DNA of 64,000 nucleotides from Abditibacterium sp. (GTDB taxonomy: Bacteria; Armatimonadota; Abditibacteriia; Abditibacteriales; Abditibacteriaceae): NCBI GenBank assembly GCA_965199495.1, contig CBDASK010000003.1:4655682-4719681 (forward strand). The letters run 5' to 3'. A program made the translations under genes and the position numbers. Below the pieces are notes generated by a model. That model did not search any database and had not been told where the DNA came from. It saw nothing but the letters and a program-made list of their open reading frames with translations. Positions within the stretch are counted from its first letter, which is position 1. The number at the start of each line of letters is the position of its first letter. Positions 1 to 9,736 of the stretch are shown here, piece by piece.

Positions 1-636
1 AGCAAAACCGAAGGCGCGCTGAGCAACGCGCAACAAAGCGCCGAAGATGCGGCGATTGGCAAGCCATCGGCGTTCGAGATTGATGCGCCCGACGGTTCGG
101 TTATTGTGGCGCCCGGCCAAATCGTCACGCGCGAGATTTTGGCGCGCGCCGATCAGCACGGCAAGAAAGCTCAGGTCATTTCGGCGGCGGGCGCAGGCGC
201 GGTTTCGCAAAGCGCGCAGCACGCCTACGGCGAAGCCAAGGATGTGGCTGCTGACGTTTGGGACACGGTGAAAGAGAAAACCAAACAGCTCATCGGTTAT
301 ACCAAAGAGAAGAAAGATGAATATGACGAGGCGTCGTTGGAGCGTAAAATCAAAGATGCCGTTGGCCGTCCCGTCACGCGCGTAATCTTGGCGCCCGACG
401 ACACGATTATCCTCAATACGGGAGACATCATCACCAACAAAGCGATTCAGGAAGCGCAAGCAGTGGGTTACGTGGACATGATTTTGGATTCGGTCTACGA
501 CACCGAGCCGGAAATCACACCCGAAATGATGCGCGCGCAGGGCGCGGGCGACGCGACGCTTGCCACGCAAGCCGAGCCAACCGGTGGGCCAATCACGGCG
601 ACGGTTGACAACAGCGATCAATCCGACGCGTCGTAA
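1..636 (+). CDS. C-terminal part of a probable PRC-barrel-domain-containing protein (5' truncated by window)
   Basis: Frame 1 is open from base 1 to TAA at 636. Repeated '(A)PD(G/D)xxI(V/L)xxG(Q/D)I(V/I)T...A' units resemble the tails of cyanobacterial/Deinococcus PRC-barrel proteins. A terminator follows. Confidence 0.55.
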   Translation, partial: SKTEGALSNAQQSAEDAAIGKPSAFEIDAPDGSVIVAPGQIVTREILARADQHGKKAQVISAAGAGAVSQSAQHAYGEAKDVAADVWDTVKEKTKQLIGYTKEKKDEYDEASLERKIKDAVGRPVTRVILAPDDTIILNTGDIITNKAIQEAQAVGYVDMILDSVYDTEPEITPEMMRAQGAGDATLATQAEPTGGPITATVDNSDQSDAS

Positions 637-650
637 AAGTTGGATGTAAT

Positions 651-685
651 AAAAAGCCCGCGCTTATTCAAAGCGCGGGCTTTTT
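651..685. terminator. Intrinsic terminator (bidirectional)
   Basis: aaaaagcccgcgctt-attc-aaagcgcgggcttttt hairpin with A/T tails between convergent genes. Confidence 0.8.
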
Positions 686-737
686 GGGTCTTGCGTCAAA
701 ATATCGCCCGCCTCGCATTGATTCAAAGCCGAAGCAA

Positions 738-977
738 TCACGCACGACATTGCCACCATTTGAAGCGGTAAAACGCTGCCGTTGAACGGCAAATTCGCGT
801 CAATCTCCAGTATTTTTCGTCGTTAAAGGTGGCGTGAATGAGAACGCAACCATCGTCGAGTTGACTGATTATCACCAATTTTTCCGATTTATCAATATAT
901 TTGCGTAACGCGTAATATGCGGTAGAACATAACAGAGGATTGGCCTCAGTGAGCGCGATGAGAATCTCAGTCACCAA
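738..977 (-). CDS. Small hypothetical protein
   Basis: 79-aa AT-richer ORF downstream of the cyclase gene; no recognisable motif. Confidence 0.3.
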   Translation of the reverse strand: MVTEILIALTEANPLLCSTAYYALRKYIDKSEKLVIISQLDDGCVLIHATFNDEKYWRLTRICRSTAAFYRFKWWQCRA

Positions 978-1039
978 ATTAAACGCGCAACGAATCGCCG
1001 GACAATAGTGCGCACTCGAAAAAACGAGTTTTCGAGCCG

Positions 1040-3214
1040 TTACTCGACTCTATCAAGTGAAACGTGTTCTTCAGCAATGAGCTTGCAAGCCCGCGCCGAA
1101 TCCGCCGATTGGGGCGCCGTGGCTGCATTAGCCCTGTGGGCCTGTGCGAGATGCGCTTCGATTCCTATCCTGAAAGTCGAAATCCAATTCACCAAAGGAA
1201 TCATCGCGTGCGGGATCATTGGCTTTTTGCGTCTACTTTCTCTCGCGGAATCTACGCGAGCCAGCAGTTTCTCAACGCTGTCGCGTTCGCGCGCCTGGGC
1301 GCTCAGTTGAATATCATCATAAATCAAAATCTTGCGTCCGTATTTAATCGTCGCGGTCAGTGGGCCACACGCACGCACTTGGTTCTGGCAACGCTCGAAG
1401 GTCGTTTCGCCGATTAACAAGCGCGTCTTGAACTGTTTGGTCTGGTTCTCGATGTGAGCAGCCACGTTGACGGCGTCGCCGATGACGGTGAAATCAGCGC
1501 GCTGCTGATCGCCCGTCGTGACGCCCAGTTCGCCGCACAACATCAGGCCAGTATTAACGCCGATTCCGATGTCGAAATCGGGCAAACCGCGCGCGCGCCA
1601 ATTCTCGTCCTGCCAACGCTCGCGCAACAGGGCGAACTCGTCCTGCATCTCCAAAGCCGCGCGCACGGCCCGCAACGCGTGATCGTCGCAGGGCATTGGC
1701 AAGCCGAAAACTCCCATCACCGCGTCGCCAACATATTTATCGAGCGTGCCGCCGTTACGCTTGACAACTTCGGTCATCGTCTGCAAATAGGCGTTGAGCA
1801 ACGCCAAAGTCTCGTTTGGCGTCAGCACATCGAAAAGCCGCGTGAAGCCGCGAATATCGGCGAACAACACGGTCGCCTCGCGCTCTTCTCCCATCGCCAG
1901 TTGATCGGGATGACGCAAAATCCACTCGGCGACCTGCGGGTCAACGTGGCGTTGCCAGTAAGATTTCACGCGATCTTTCTCGCGCTCTTCGGTCAGGGCG
2001 CGGTTGGCGAAAGTCATTAGTGCGGCCAAAACAAGCGTCAGAATCGGCGTCACCAAATGCACATCGAGTGCGTTCATAACGAAGAAGGCAACGTTTAAAG
2101 TGCCGAATACGAGCAGGCTCGCCACCAACGCGGGCGCGATACGACTCCAGCGCAAGCGCGCCACGATCCAACACGCCGCTCCCGCGCCCAACGCGATAAA
2201 AAACGCGTTGAGCCAGAACGGAACATGAGACACCGGACGCATTCCTTTCTCGATGGCAGCCAGAACGGTCGCGATGGCGTGCGCCTGAATTTCCATACCC
2301 GACATTTGCTCAGCGATTGGCGTGTTACGAAAATCATTCCCCACGGTTGTCACATCACCAATAATCACAATTTTATTTTTAAAAAATGGCCGGTAAAACG
2401 GATCGTCGGCCACGCCTTGTAATACATCTTCGTAGGGCACAGATGGAAAAAAACCGTGATTATCCACGCTTTGACCGTCTTTCCAAAAGGTAATGCGAAA
2501 CTCGTCGTTGATGTCGCTCGGAAGCGCCGAAAAATCGCGCATACCTGTGGCGATGGCGGCGCCCTGCAAACTTAGGGAGGGCAACAGGGAACCATCGGGC
2601 AATTTCTCGAAGGAACACATGGTGTCCACGCGGCCTTGTGTGAGGTTTTGGTTGATGTGCCCGACGCGCGCGTTCGCCGATTTCAAAGTTGCACTCGGCC
2701 CAATCAGACGCGGCGGAGTTTGATTGTCGTAACTTTCGTAGAGCGCGCCCCACGCGACCTTGCCGGACTCGCGCACGGCGCGCGCGAACTGTGGGTCTTG
2801 CGGCTTGGCGGCGTCGAACAAAAGATCGAAAACAATGGCGCGCGCACCGGCGCGCGTCAAGTCGCGCACCATGCGCGCGTGATTTAGGCGAGAAGCTGGC
2901 GGCCCAGCGATTCCACCCCCCTGGGGATTAAAGGTTTCATCCGACATCGGCACCAGCACGATCTGCTTTTTGGCCCAGGGCCGCACATCGCCAAAATAAA
3001 GCGAGTAGGCGCTGAACCGCTCGGCGAGAGCGACTTGCTCGGCCTTGACCAAATAAGGTTGCGAATCGAGGTAAAGCCCCAAAGCCGTCGCCGCGCCCCA
3101 GATAAAAAGCAGCGTAAACCGCGTCGTCTGTTGGGACAACGCGGTTTGGATGCGACGAATAATGGGCATGGGCGCGGGAGAGTTCATTCCTGCAATTGCA
3201 TAAGTTCTATGCAA
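1040..3214 (-). CDS. CHASE2-domain membrane adenylate/guanylate cyclase (class III); start may be 3187 or 3169
   Basis: CHASE2 motifs (GARAIVFDLLFD, NKIVIIG, GMEIQAHAIAT), three TM helices, cyclase motifs LFADIRGFT, DKYVGDAVMGVFG, IGIGVNTG, FTVIGDAVNVAA. Confidence 0.9.
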   Translation of the reverse strand: MHRTYAIAGMNSPAPMPIIRRIQTALSQQTTRFTLLFIWGAATALGLYLDSQPYLVKAEQVALAERFSAYSLYFGDVRPWAKKQIVLVPMSDETFNPQGGGIAGPPASRLNHARMVRDLTRAGARAIVFDLLFDAAKPQDPQFARAVRESGKVAWGALYESYDNQTPPRLIGPSATLKSANARVGHINQNLTQGRVDTMCSFEKLPDGSLLPSLSLQGAAIATGMRDFSALPSDINDEFRITFWKDGQSVDNHGFFPSVPYEDVLQGVADDPFYRPFFKNKIVIIGDVTTVGNDFRNTPIAEQMSGMEIQAHAIATVLAAIEKGMRPVSHVPFWLNAFFIALGAGAACWIVARLRWSRIAPALVASLLVFGTLNVAFFVMNALDVHLVTPILTLVLAALMTFANRALTEEREKDRVKSYWQRHVDPQVAEWILRHPDQLAMGEEREATVLFADIRGFTRLFDVLTPNETLALLNAYLQTMTEVVKRNGGTLDKYVGDAVMGVFGLPMPCDDHALRAVRAALEMQDEFALLRERWQDENWRARGLPDFDIGIGVNTGLMLCGELGVTTGDQQRADFTVIGDAVNVAAHIENQTKQFKTRLLIGETTFERCQNQVRACGPLTATIKYGRKILIYDDIQLSAQARERDSVEKLLARVDSARESRRKKPMIPHAMIPLVNWISTFRIGIEAHLAQAHRANAATAPQSADSARACKLIAEEHVSLDRVE

Positions 3215-3228
3215 ACTAACGGCTCAAC

Positions 3229-6200
3229 TCAAAACCGATTTGTCAGACCGAATTCAATGTGACGCTCGCCCGTACGGTAATCTTGGAAAGCGAACTGGCG
3301 CGTATCGAAGATATTAGTGACGTTAAAGAACAATTCGTTGCGCGAGGAACCTTCGCGCGCCAACAGCAAATCAACGGCGTTGGTCGAGCCGAACGGAGCG
3401 CGCCCGCCGCCCACATCCAAACCGCCCAGAAACGAACCGGTGTGGCGCACCCGCAAGCCGACTTTATTGCCGGAATTCGACAGATATTGCAGCGACAGAT
3501 CGCCCAGCAAACGCGGCTCGTAGGGCGCGTGGCTGCTGTAACCATCGGCGCTCACCGAACGCGAAACCAGACCGCCGTTTAAGAACCAGTTGCGGCCCAG
3601 ACGGTTTTCGGCGCGCGCGCCAAACCCCGATCCGCGCCAACCATCCAACTTCAGCGAGGCCGCGACGGGCGAAGGCAAACCGTTACCAAAACCCTGAAAA
3701 TCAGGCCCGCCAACAACAACATTATCCGCCGAACTCGCGAAGGCAAATAAGCGCACAAAACCACTTTTGCCGACGTAACGCTCGACATCAAGTTGCGCCA
3801 GTTGCATCGTTTGTGGCACGCCGTAAGGCACGGCGCCGCGTTGCGTAATCAGCAGAGTTTCATTGGGCGCGAATGCGCTCGTCGTCGCGTCCGTAACGCG
3901 CTTGTTGAACGAAAACCGCAGCGCCGTGCGCGCATCGGCCTGATAGTTTGCCAGAAAACTCGGCAAAACGTGCGTCTGATTATCAACAATTCCGGGCGCC
4001 AGTTGCGTCTGATCCAAAATCGCCAAGCCGCCATTTTGCGAGCGCTGGTTGCGCTGCACGCGCAGTTGGCCGATCAAAGAAAATTTCTGGCCAAAACGCC
4101 CGGCGTATTGGCCGTAAGCCAGATTGGTGACGTTGGTTTCATCGCCAAAAAGTCGGCCCTGCTGACCAGCCACGGACAACGGCAAGTCGCCGCTCAAATC
4201 GAATTTGGTGCGCGCGCGCGCCAATCCAAAGGTGAAAGTCCCCGCCTGTGTGGTGCCGCGATTGACCTGCAAATCGTAGCGCAATTCGGGCAGCAAACCG
4301 TTCGATTCGACATCTTGGCGCGCGATATTTAAATCGGAACCGGCGACGCCGAACGAGTTACCCAACGGATCGGTCACGGTGTTTTTCTGGCGCGCGCCGC
4401 GCACACCGACCCACAAATTGCTGTTGGCGCTCAGGCGCTGACGCGCGGCGATGCCGAGGTCGCCTCCACTATAGCGCGAGCGGTCGTCGGTGTCGGGCCG
4501 CGAGTCAGGGCCGCGCAAACCATTTTCGGTCGAGGCAGCACGCAAAACCACGCCGATGTTGGTGCGCGGCGATGGTGCGTAGGTCAAAAACTGCCCGGTC
4601 GAATAGCCTTTGCTGTCGTCGTTGGTGCGCGTTCCGGCGCCCGCCTCGCGGTTGACTAGACTCAGCGAGTTCAACTTGCCGTCGTCCGCCGTGATGCGAT
4701 GCGTCAGCCCGACCGTATTGGCGCCTTGCGTGCCGCCCGACGGCGTGAGTTCGGTGTGAATGCCACCGCGCAAAAGTTGCTGTGAAATCGCGGGGTCTTG
4801 AATAAACGCCTGCGTCAGGCTGGCCGACGACGGGCGCAAATCGCTGTTACCGTTGCGCAGTGCCAACTGCGCCATCGCCAGAGCGTTGGTCGGATCGTAG
4901 ATTAACGCGGTGCGAAATTCGCGTTCCGATTGCGCTTCGAGGCGCCCGAAATCCAAAGCCAAACCTAAAATCGCGTGATACTGCCCGACTTCGGGCGCCA
5001 ATCGAACCGCCTGCTGACCAGCTTCGATGGCCGCGCTGAGTTTGTTGGAATAGGTCAAAGTGCGCGCCAGTTCAGCCTGATAAAGCGCTGAGTTGGGCGC
5101 CTTTTCAATCGCCTGACGCTGGCGCGTTTCGGCGCCGCGATAATCGCCCTGCTCATACAAAACCGCGCCCAGCGCGCCCAGCGCCGCGTCCGAATTGGGG
5201 TTGCGCTCCAAAATCACGTTGACCGCCTGACGCGCTTTTTCCGGCTCGCCCATCAAGTTGTAAACGCGCGCCAATGCCGAAGCTGCGGGCAGAAAATCGG
5301 GCGACTGTTCCAGAGTGCGCTGCAAGTTGCGGAGGGCGTGGCTGTAGTCGCGGCGCCCGGCATTAGCCACGCCCAATAGATAATACGCTTGCGGCAATTT
5401 CGGATCGAGCGCGACCGCTTGCGCCGCCTCGCGCGCGGCACTATCGGCGTCGCCGCGCAGCAACAGCGCCTGTCCCAATGCCACACGCGCCGCCGCAGAA
5501 TCGGGATCGAGCGCGACCGCGCGCCGCGCGTTGCGCTGCGAAGCGACGCCATCGCCCGCGAAAAAGTTGGCCAGCGCCAGGTTACCGTGCGCAAGAGCCG
5601 AATACGGTTGCAGCCTCGTCGCAGTTTCCCCTTCGCGCACGGCGCCGGCGACATCGTTTTCGTCCAGCAACGCCAACGCCAGCCACGCGTGCGCGGCATA
5701 GCTGACTTCGCTGTCGCCACTCGCCACAGCTTTCAAAGCTTCAACGCCCAACGCGCGTTTGGCGGGCTGGCGTAACAACGCCACGCCGAGCGCCAAGCGT
5801 GCTTCGGCGCCTTGATCGCGGCCCAGCGCCGTGCTTCTGAGCGGAGCCGACAGCGCCCTTTCGGCGGCGATTTGCGCCGCGTCGGGTTGGTCGCGTTGCA
5901 GTTGAAGCCACGCCACGCCCGTCATCGCCGGAGCATAAGAATCGGTGTTACCGCTACCACCATCTTCAGCGACTTGCACCAATCGCGCGCCAGTTTTCGA
6001 GGCCGCCTTGAATGCTTCGTTGGCTTCGTCGAGCCGATCTAATTCCAGTAAAACATAGCCCAAACGCGTCAACGTTTGCGGGTCGCGCGCCAACTGCTCG
6101 GCGGTTTGGTACTGAACCAACGCTTCTGGATAACGATGCGCATCGAACAAAGCATCGCCCAAATCGCGCAAAACGGCGGCGTTATTTGGCGCGGCCTGTG

Positions 6201-6888
6201 CGCGAGTTTGGCGGCGCGCGAGTTCGGGCGCGACGACTTTGGGATCGAGCGAAATCCAAAACTTTTCGCGCGAGACGGCGGCGCGATCCAGCGAGGCCGT
6301 CCATTCGGTGATTAAGCCACCGTTTTGCACGGTGACCGGCGCCGTCGGCGCCAGACCGGGCCGCGCGATACTACGCTGCGAAGAATTCACGATAACCGAG
6401 CCGAACTTGTTGAAAAATTCAACTTCGCCTTCAACCACGACCAAAGCGGTCGTGCCGTCACCCGCAGCCACGTCGAGGTGAATCTCCGTCCCGCGCACGC
6501 CCAGGGAGACGGTGCGCGTTTCGATGGCGTTGCCGGGCCGCAAGCGCGCCCACACGCGCCCACTGATTGCGCGAAATAAACTGCGCTTGCCATCTCCCAG
6601 CGGTTTGGGTTCTGTGACCTGAATCGAAGAATTCTCGCCCAGACGCACTTGCGCGCCATCGCTCCACAACAACGTCAACTTGCCATTGGCGCCAGTTCCC
6701 ACAACGTTTCCGATGTAAAGTGGAGTACGACGCGCCAAGTTCGCCCTGGCCGCGCCAGTTTTGGTGCTGACCCAGGTCGTGCCGGTCGCAGTTCGCACTG
6801 TGCCAACGGGAGCCGCAGCCCACGCCGCGCCGCTCGACATCGTGAGAACAACCAAAGCAGTCCAATTGGGAGCAAGTAATTTTTTCAT
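3229..6888 (-). CDS. FecR-domain / TPR-repeat / outer-membrane beta-barrel protein (NsrA-like)
   Basis: Signal peptide (AWAAA), FecR-like motifs (DGAQVRLGENSSI, LGVRGT, VVEGEV), many TPR repeats, C-terminal amphipathic beta-strands ending in F. Confidence 0.8.
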   Translation of the reverse strand: MKKLLAPNWTALVVLTMSSGAAWAAAPVGTVRTATGTTWVSTKTGAARANLARRTPLYIGNVVGTGANGKLTLLWSDGAQVRLGENSSIQVTEPKPLGDGKRSLFRAISGRVWARLRPGNAIETRTVSLGVRGTEIHLDVAAGDGTTALVVVEGEVEFFNKFGSVIVNSSQRSIARPGLAPTAPVTVQNGGLITEWTASLDRAAVSREKFWISLDPKVVAPELARRQTRAQAAPNNAAVLRDLGDALFDAHRYPEALVQYQTAEQLARDPQTLTRLGYVLLELDRLDEANEAFKAASKTGARLVQVAEDGGSGNTDSYAPAMTGVAWLQLQRDQPDAAQIAAERALSAPLRSTALGRDQGAEARLALGVALLRQPAKRALGVEALKAVASGDSEVSYAAHAWLALALLDENDVAGAVREGETATRLQPYSALAHGNLALANFFAGDGVASQRNARRAVALDPDSAAARVALGQALLLRGDADSAAREAAQAVALDPKLPQAYYLLGVANAGRRDYSHALRNLQRTLEQSPDFLPAASALARVYNLMGEPEKARQAVNVILERNPNSDAALGALGAVLYEQGDYRGAETRQRQAIEKAPNSALYQAELARTLTYSNKLSAAIEAGQQAVRLAPEVGQYHAILGLALDFGRLEAQSEREFRTALIYDPTNALAMAQLALRNGNSDLRPSSASLTQAFIQDPAISQQLLRGGIHTELTPSGGTQGANTVGLTHRITADDGKLNSLSLVNREAGAGTRTNDDSKGYSTGQFLTYAPSPRTNIGVVLRAASTENGLRGPDSRPDTDDRSRYSGGDLGIAARQRLSANSNLWVGVRGARQKNTVTDPLGNSFGVAGSDLNIARQDVESNGLLPELRYDLQVNRGTTQAGTFTFGLARARTKFDLSGDLPLSVAGQQGRLFGDETNVTNLAYGQYAGRFGQKFSLIGQLRVQRNQRSQNGGLAILDQTQLAPGIVDNQTHVLPSFLANYQADARTALRFSFNKRVTDATTSAFAPNETLLITQRGAVPYGVPQTMQLAQLDVERYVGKSGFVRLFAFASSADNVVVGGPDFQGFGNGLPSPVAASLKLDGWRGSGFGARAENRLGRNWFLNGGLVSRSVSADGYSSHAPYEPRLLGDLSLQYLSNSGNKVGLRVRHTGSFLGGLDVGGGRAPFGSTNAVDLLLAREGSSRNELFFNVTNIFDTRQFAFQDYRTGERHIEFGLTNRF

Positions 6889-6924
6889 AGCAACAAAGTT
6901 CGGACGGATTAAAAATCGGGCGTT

Positions 6925-7908
6925 TTAGCGCACATCGGGCGCGGTATCTGCGCCAAGATCGGTTGTCAAGCGCGTCAAGGCGCCATCGCTGAGGCTAAGC
7001 GAATAAAGGTCAAAGTTGTCGTTTGGATTAGACGAGAAAATCAAACGTTTTCCGTCGCGACTCCAGGCGGGCGCGTCATCGCGCAAATCGTTATGGGTAA
7101 TTTGCCGGGCTTCACTGCCATCGGCGCGGCTCACGAAGATTTCTGGGTCGCCATCGGCATCGGAAACAAACGCCAGTTGGCTCCCATCGGGACTCCAGGC
7201 GGGCGCTGTATGAAATGCCAGATCGGAAGTAATCGCCTTCGGCTCGCCGCCCGCGACAGGGCGCACATAAATCTGCGAGAAACCGATGAACTCGCCGTTT
7301 GGATCGTAGTCGGACGCATAAGCAATGCGCGTCCCATCGGGACTCCACGCGGGCTGTCTTTGATCCAAAAAATCGCCCTCGTCAGTCAAATTGCGGATGT
7401 GGCCGCTGGCCACATCCAAAATCACGATATTGCTGCTGAAAGTCTCTTCGGAAAAAACACGAAAAGCTAACTTGGTTCCGTCAGGACTCCACGCGGGTTG
7501 CTCCTCAATTAACGGGCTATCGGTGAGCCGTCTCACTCCACTACCATCGGCATTCATCAAATAAAGGCTGCTATGGCCACCACGCGTCGAGGCAAAAGCG
7601 ATCTGACGCCGGTCGGGACTGAGCGCCGGATCAACATCCGCTTCCGCACTGTTAGTCAAACGCAATTGCACTTTGCCGTCGCCGAAAGCGGTATAAATCT
7701 CATAGTTGCCGCTCCGATCAGATTGAAAAACCAAAGTTTCTCGTGCATTTTGTGATGTGCCCGAACTGGGGCCGCTTGCGCCACCGCCGCAACCTCCGAG
7801 TAGCGAGCTGGCCATTATGCCCACCGCCAGCACTCCAGATGACGCATAGGTTGGGATAGAAAGTAACACGCTCTGCAAGGTGCATCGGAAAAAAGAAGTT
7901 TTCAACAT
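6925..7908 (-). CDS. TolB-like PD40-repeat beta-propeller lipoprotein
   Basis: Lipobox-like LLGGC and six PA(W/L)S(P/R)D repeats. Start placed at ATG 7908 because a terminator hairpin lies at about 7962-7997. Confidence 0.8.
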   Translation of the reverse strand: MLKTSFFRCTLQSVLLSIPTYASSGVLAVGIMASSLLGGCGGGASGPSSGTSQNARETLVFQSDRSGNYEIYTAFGDGKVQLRLTNSAEADVDPALSPDRRQIAFASTRGGHSSLYLMNADGSGVRRLTDSPLIEEQPAWSPDGTKLAFRVFSEETFSSNIVILDVASGHIRNLTDEGDFLDQRQPAWSPDGTRIAYASDYDPNGEFIGFSQIYVRPVAGGEPKAITSDLAFHTAPAWSPDGSQLAFVSDADGDPEIFVSRADGSEARQITHNDLRDDAPAWSRDGKRLIFSSNPNDNFDLYSLSLSDGALTRLTTDLGADTAPDVR

Positions 7909-7961
7909 CAACGATACTGATGAGGCACGACATTGACCATTTGAAATTTTCGTGGCTAAAA

Positions 7962-7997
7962 CAATTTGGGCGGCGCTCTTACGAGCGCCGCCCAAAT
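7962..7997 (-). terminator. Intrinsic terminator hairpin
   Basis: tttgggcggcgctc-ttac-gagcgccgcccaaa just downstream of the 8018 stop. Confidence 0.65.
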
Positions 7998-8017
7998 ATA
8001 GACTAACGAACTCACGT

Positions 8018-9532
8018 TTACGACCCTAGCACAACTTGGTCTGAGGTTGCGGGTTGGTGGTTAAAGCTGGTGAACGAAGATGAAGCCGGAGCAGTAGGCA
8101 ACGCACCGGGAACCCAATAAGGAAAAACCTGACTATATATGCCAGTGCCTGAATACACGATGCGGTAATATTTGCCCGGAGCCGGGTTAACGATGTTGAC
8201 CGAGGCAAATTTGGTGATATACAAGATGTATGTCATATGCCAGAACGAGCTTTGGTTCGGCGCGTAGTTGTTGCCATATTCGATATTCAGCGTGCCATCG
8301 AGGTAAGCGTTGCCGTTGACGCGCAGTTGGTCGTATTGAAGACCTGCAACTGGCCCCCAAATTTGCATATTCATCAGGCCATTGGCGGTTTGGGTGAAGT
8401 TGCCGTTGATGATGATCAGGCCGGGCGAGTGGCCGACGTTGATGGCGCCGCCGTCAATGACTACATCGCCGTCGATGGTGCCGCTACCGTCCAACACGCC
8501 ACCCTTAATTTGCAGGCTGCCAGCGTCGGATTTTTTCGACGAACTCACGATTTCCAGCGTGCCGTCATCAATTGTTGTGGTGCCGCTTTCCTGCGTCACC
8601 GTATTGCCGTCGACCGGCGCGATTTTCAAGTGGCCTTTGCCCACATGCAGATGGCCTTTGTTTGTCACTGCCATTTGAATCTCGGCGTCGCCTTCCATCA
8701 CTTCAAGCACGCCGTCGTTGTCCAACGTTTTCGATTTGCCAGAACAACCCAAAACGCTGCCGTTTTTGAGCGACATTTTCGCGCCTTTCTGATTTGAAAA
8801 ATCTTTTTTGGCCAGAGTGCGCACGCCATCGAAAATTAAGGTGTCTGCGTTAGAAATAGTACCGCCTTCAAAAGCGCGGCTATCGCTCCCCGTGTTGGTC
8901 AAGATAACCGTGCCCTTTTCATTGGTGAGCGAATTGAACTGGACGGGAGCATCCGTCGCTGCGCCAGCCACGCTCAACACAAGGTCGCCGCCATTATTGT
9001 TCACATCGTCGAACTCGGCATCAACCGACGCGCTAATGTTGATGTTCAACTTGCCTTTGTTATTGACTTTACCGAATTTGCCGTGCTTCTTTTTGGTTTT
9101 GGCTGCCGATGACAAGCCATTGGACAGAGATCTCACAGCATCGAGCGCGGGCGCGTTCACGTTGAGGGTAGCCACCGCGCCAGCGGGAATGTTAAGTTCG
9201 CCTTCGCCTTCGACAAGGCCATCGGAACTTGTCCAGCCCGTGACGTTGAGCGCGCCGTCGTTCAGCAACGTGGCCTCGCTGCCCAAGCGCAGGTTTTTGA
9301 GCGTTACGTTGTCGGGCACTGCCACCGCCGCCGTGCCGCCGATGAACACAGTATCCGCCGCGCCGGGCACGCCCCGTGGCGCCCAGTTCTTCGAGTTCGT
9401 CCACACACCATCGGCGGCGTTACCCGTCCAGGTGTAGTCCGCTGCGTTGGCCGCATAAGGCGCGCCCAACATCAGACCAGCCGCCATAGCGCCCAGCCAA
9501 AGCCCCTGCCAGTTTTGATTCGTTTTTTTCAT
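8018..9532 (-). CDS. Secreted beta-helix (autotransporter-passenger-like) protein
   Basis: Signal peptide ANA-ADYTWTG, WTNSKNW motif, Gly/Asn-rich beta repeats, 'GHSPGLIIINGNFTQ...YDQLRVNG.A.LDGTL'; no C-terminal barrel. Confidence 0.7.
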   Translation of the reverse strand: MKKTNQNWQGLWLGAMAAGLMLGAPYAANAADYTWTGNAADGVWTNSKNWAPRGVPGAADTVFIGGTAAVAVPDNVTLKNLRLGSEATLLNDGALNVTGWTSSDGLVEGEGELNIPAGAVATLNVNAPALDAVRSLSNGLSSAAKTKKKHGKFGKVNNKGKLNINISASVDAEFDDVNNNGGDLVLSVAGAATDAPVQFNSLTNEKGTVILTNTGSDSRAFEGGTISNADTLIFDGVRTLAKKDFSNQKGAKMSLKNGSVLGCSGKSKTLDNDGVLEVMEGDAEIQMAVTNKGHLHVGKGHLKIAPVDGNTVTQESGTTTIDDGTLEIVSSSKKSDAGSLQIKGGVLDGSGTIDGDVVIDGGAINVGHSPGLIIINGNFTQTANGLMNMQIWGPVAGLQYDQLRVNGNAYLDGTLNIEYGNNYAPNQSSFWHMTYILYITKFASVNIVNPAPGKYYRIVYSGTGIYSQVFPYWVPGALPTAPASSSFTSFNHQPATSDQVVLGS

Positions 9533-9684
9533 GACAATTTTATAACTCTCTACCATTCTCCTCGATAAAATTAAAGGAGAATTTCTCAACTATACCACAC
9601 CCCGATGACAATGACAAACCCGCGAATGTTAGAACCAAAATTGCCAAACCTCGAAATCTGGCCATTCAATCTTCTTCTATGCCA

Positions 9685-9722
9685 AAAAGAAACGACCGCT
9701 CCAAATCAGAGCGGTCGTTTTC
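9685..9722 (-). terminator. Intrinsic terminator of glnA
   Basis: aaacgaccgctc-caaatca-gagcggtcgttt hairpin with T-tract on the minus strand. Confidence 0.75.
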
Positions 9723-9736
9723 GATTTCATCTCAAC

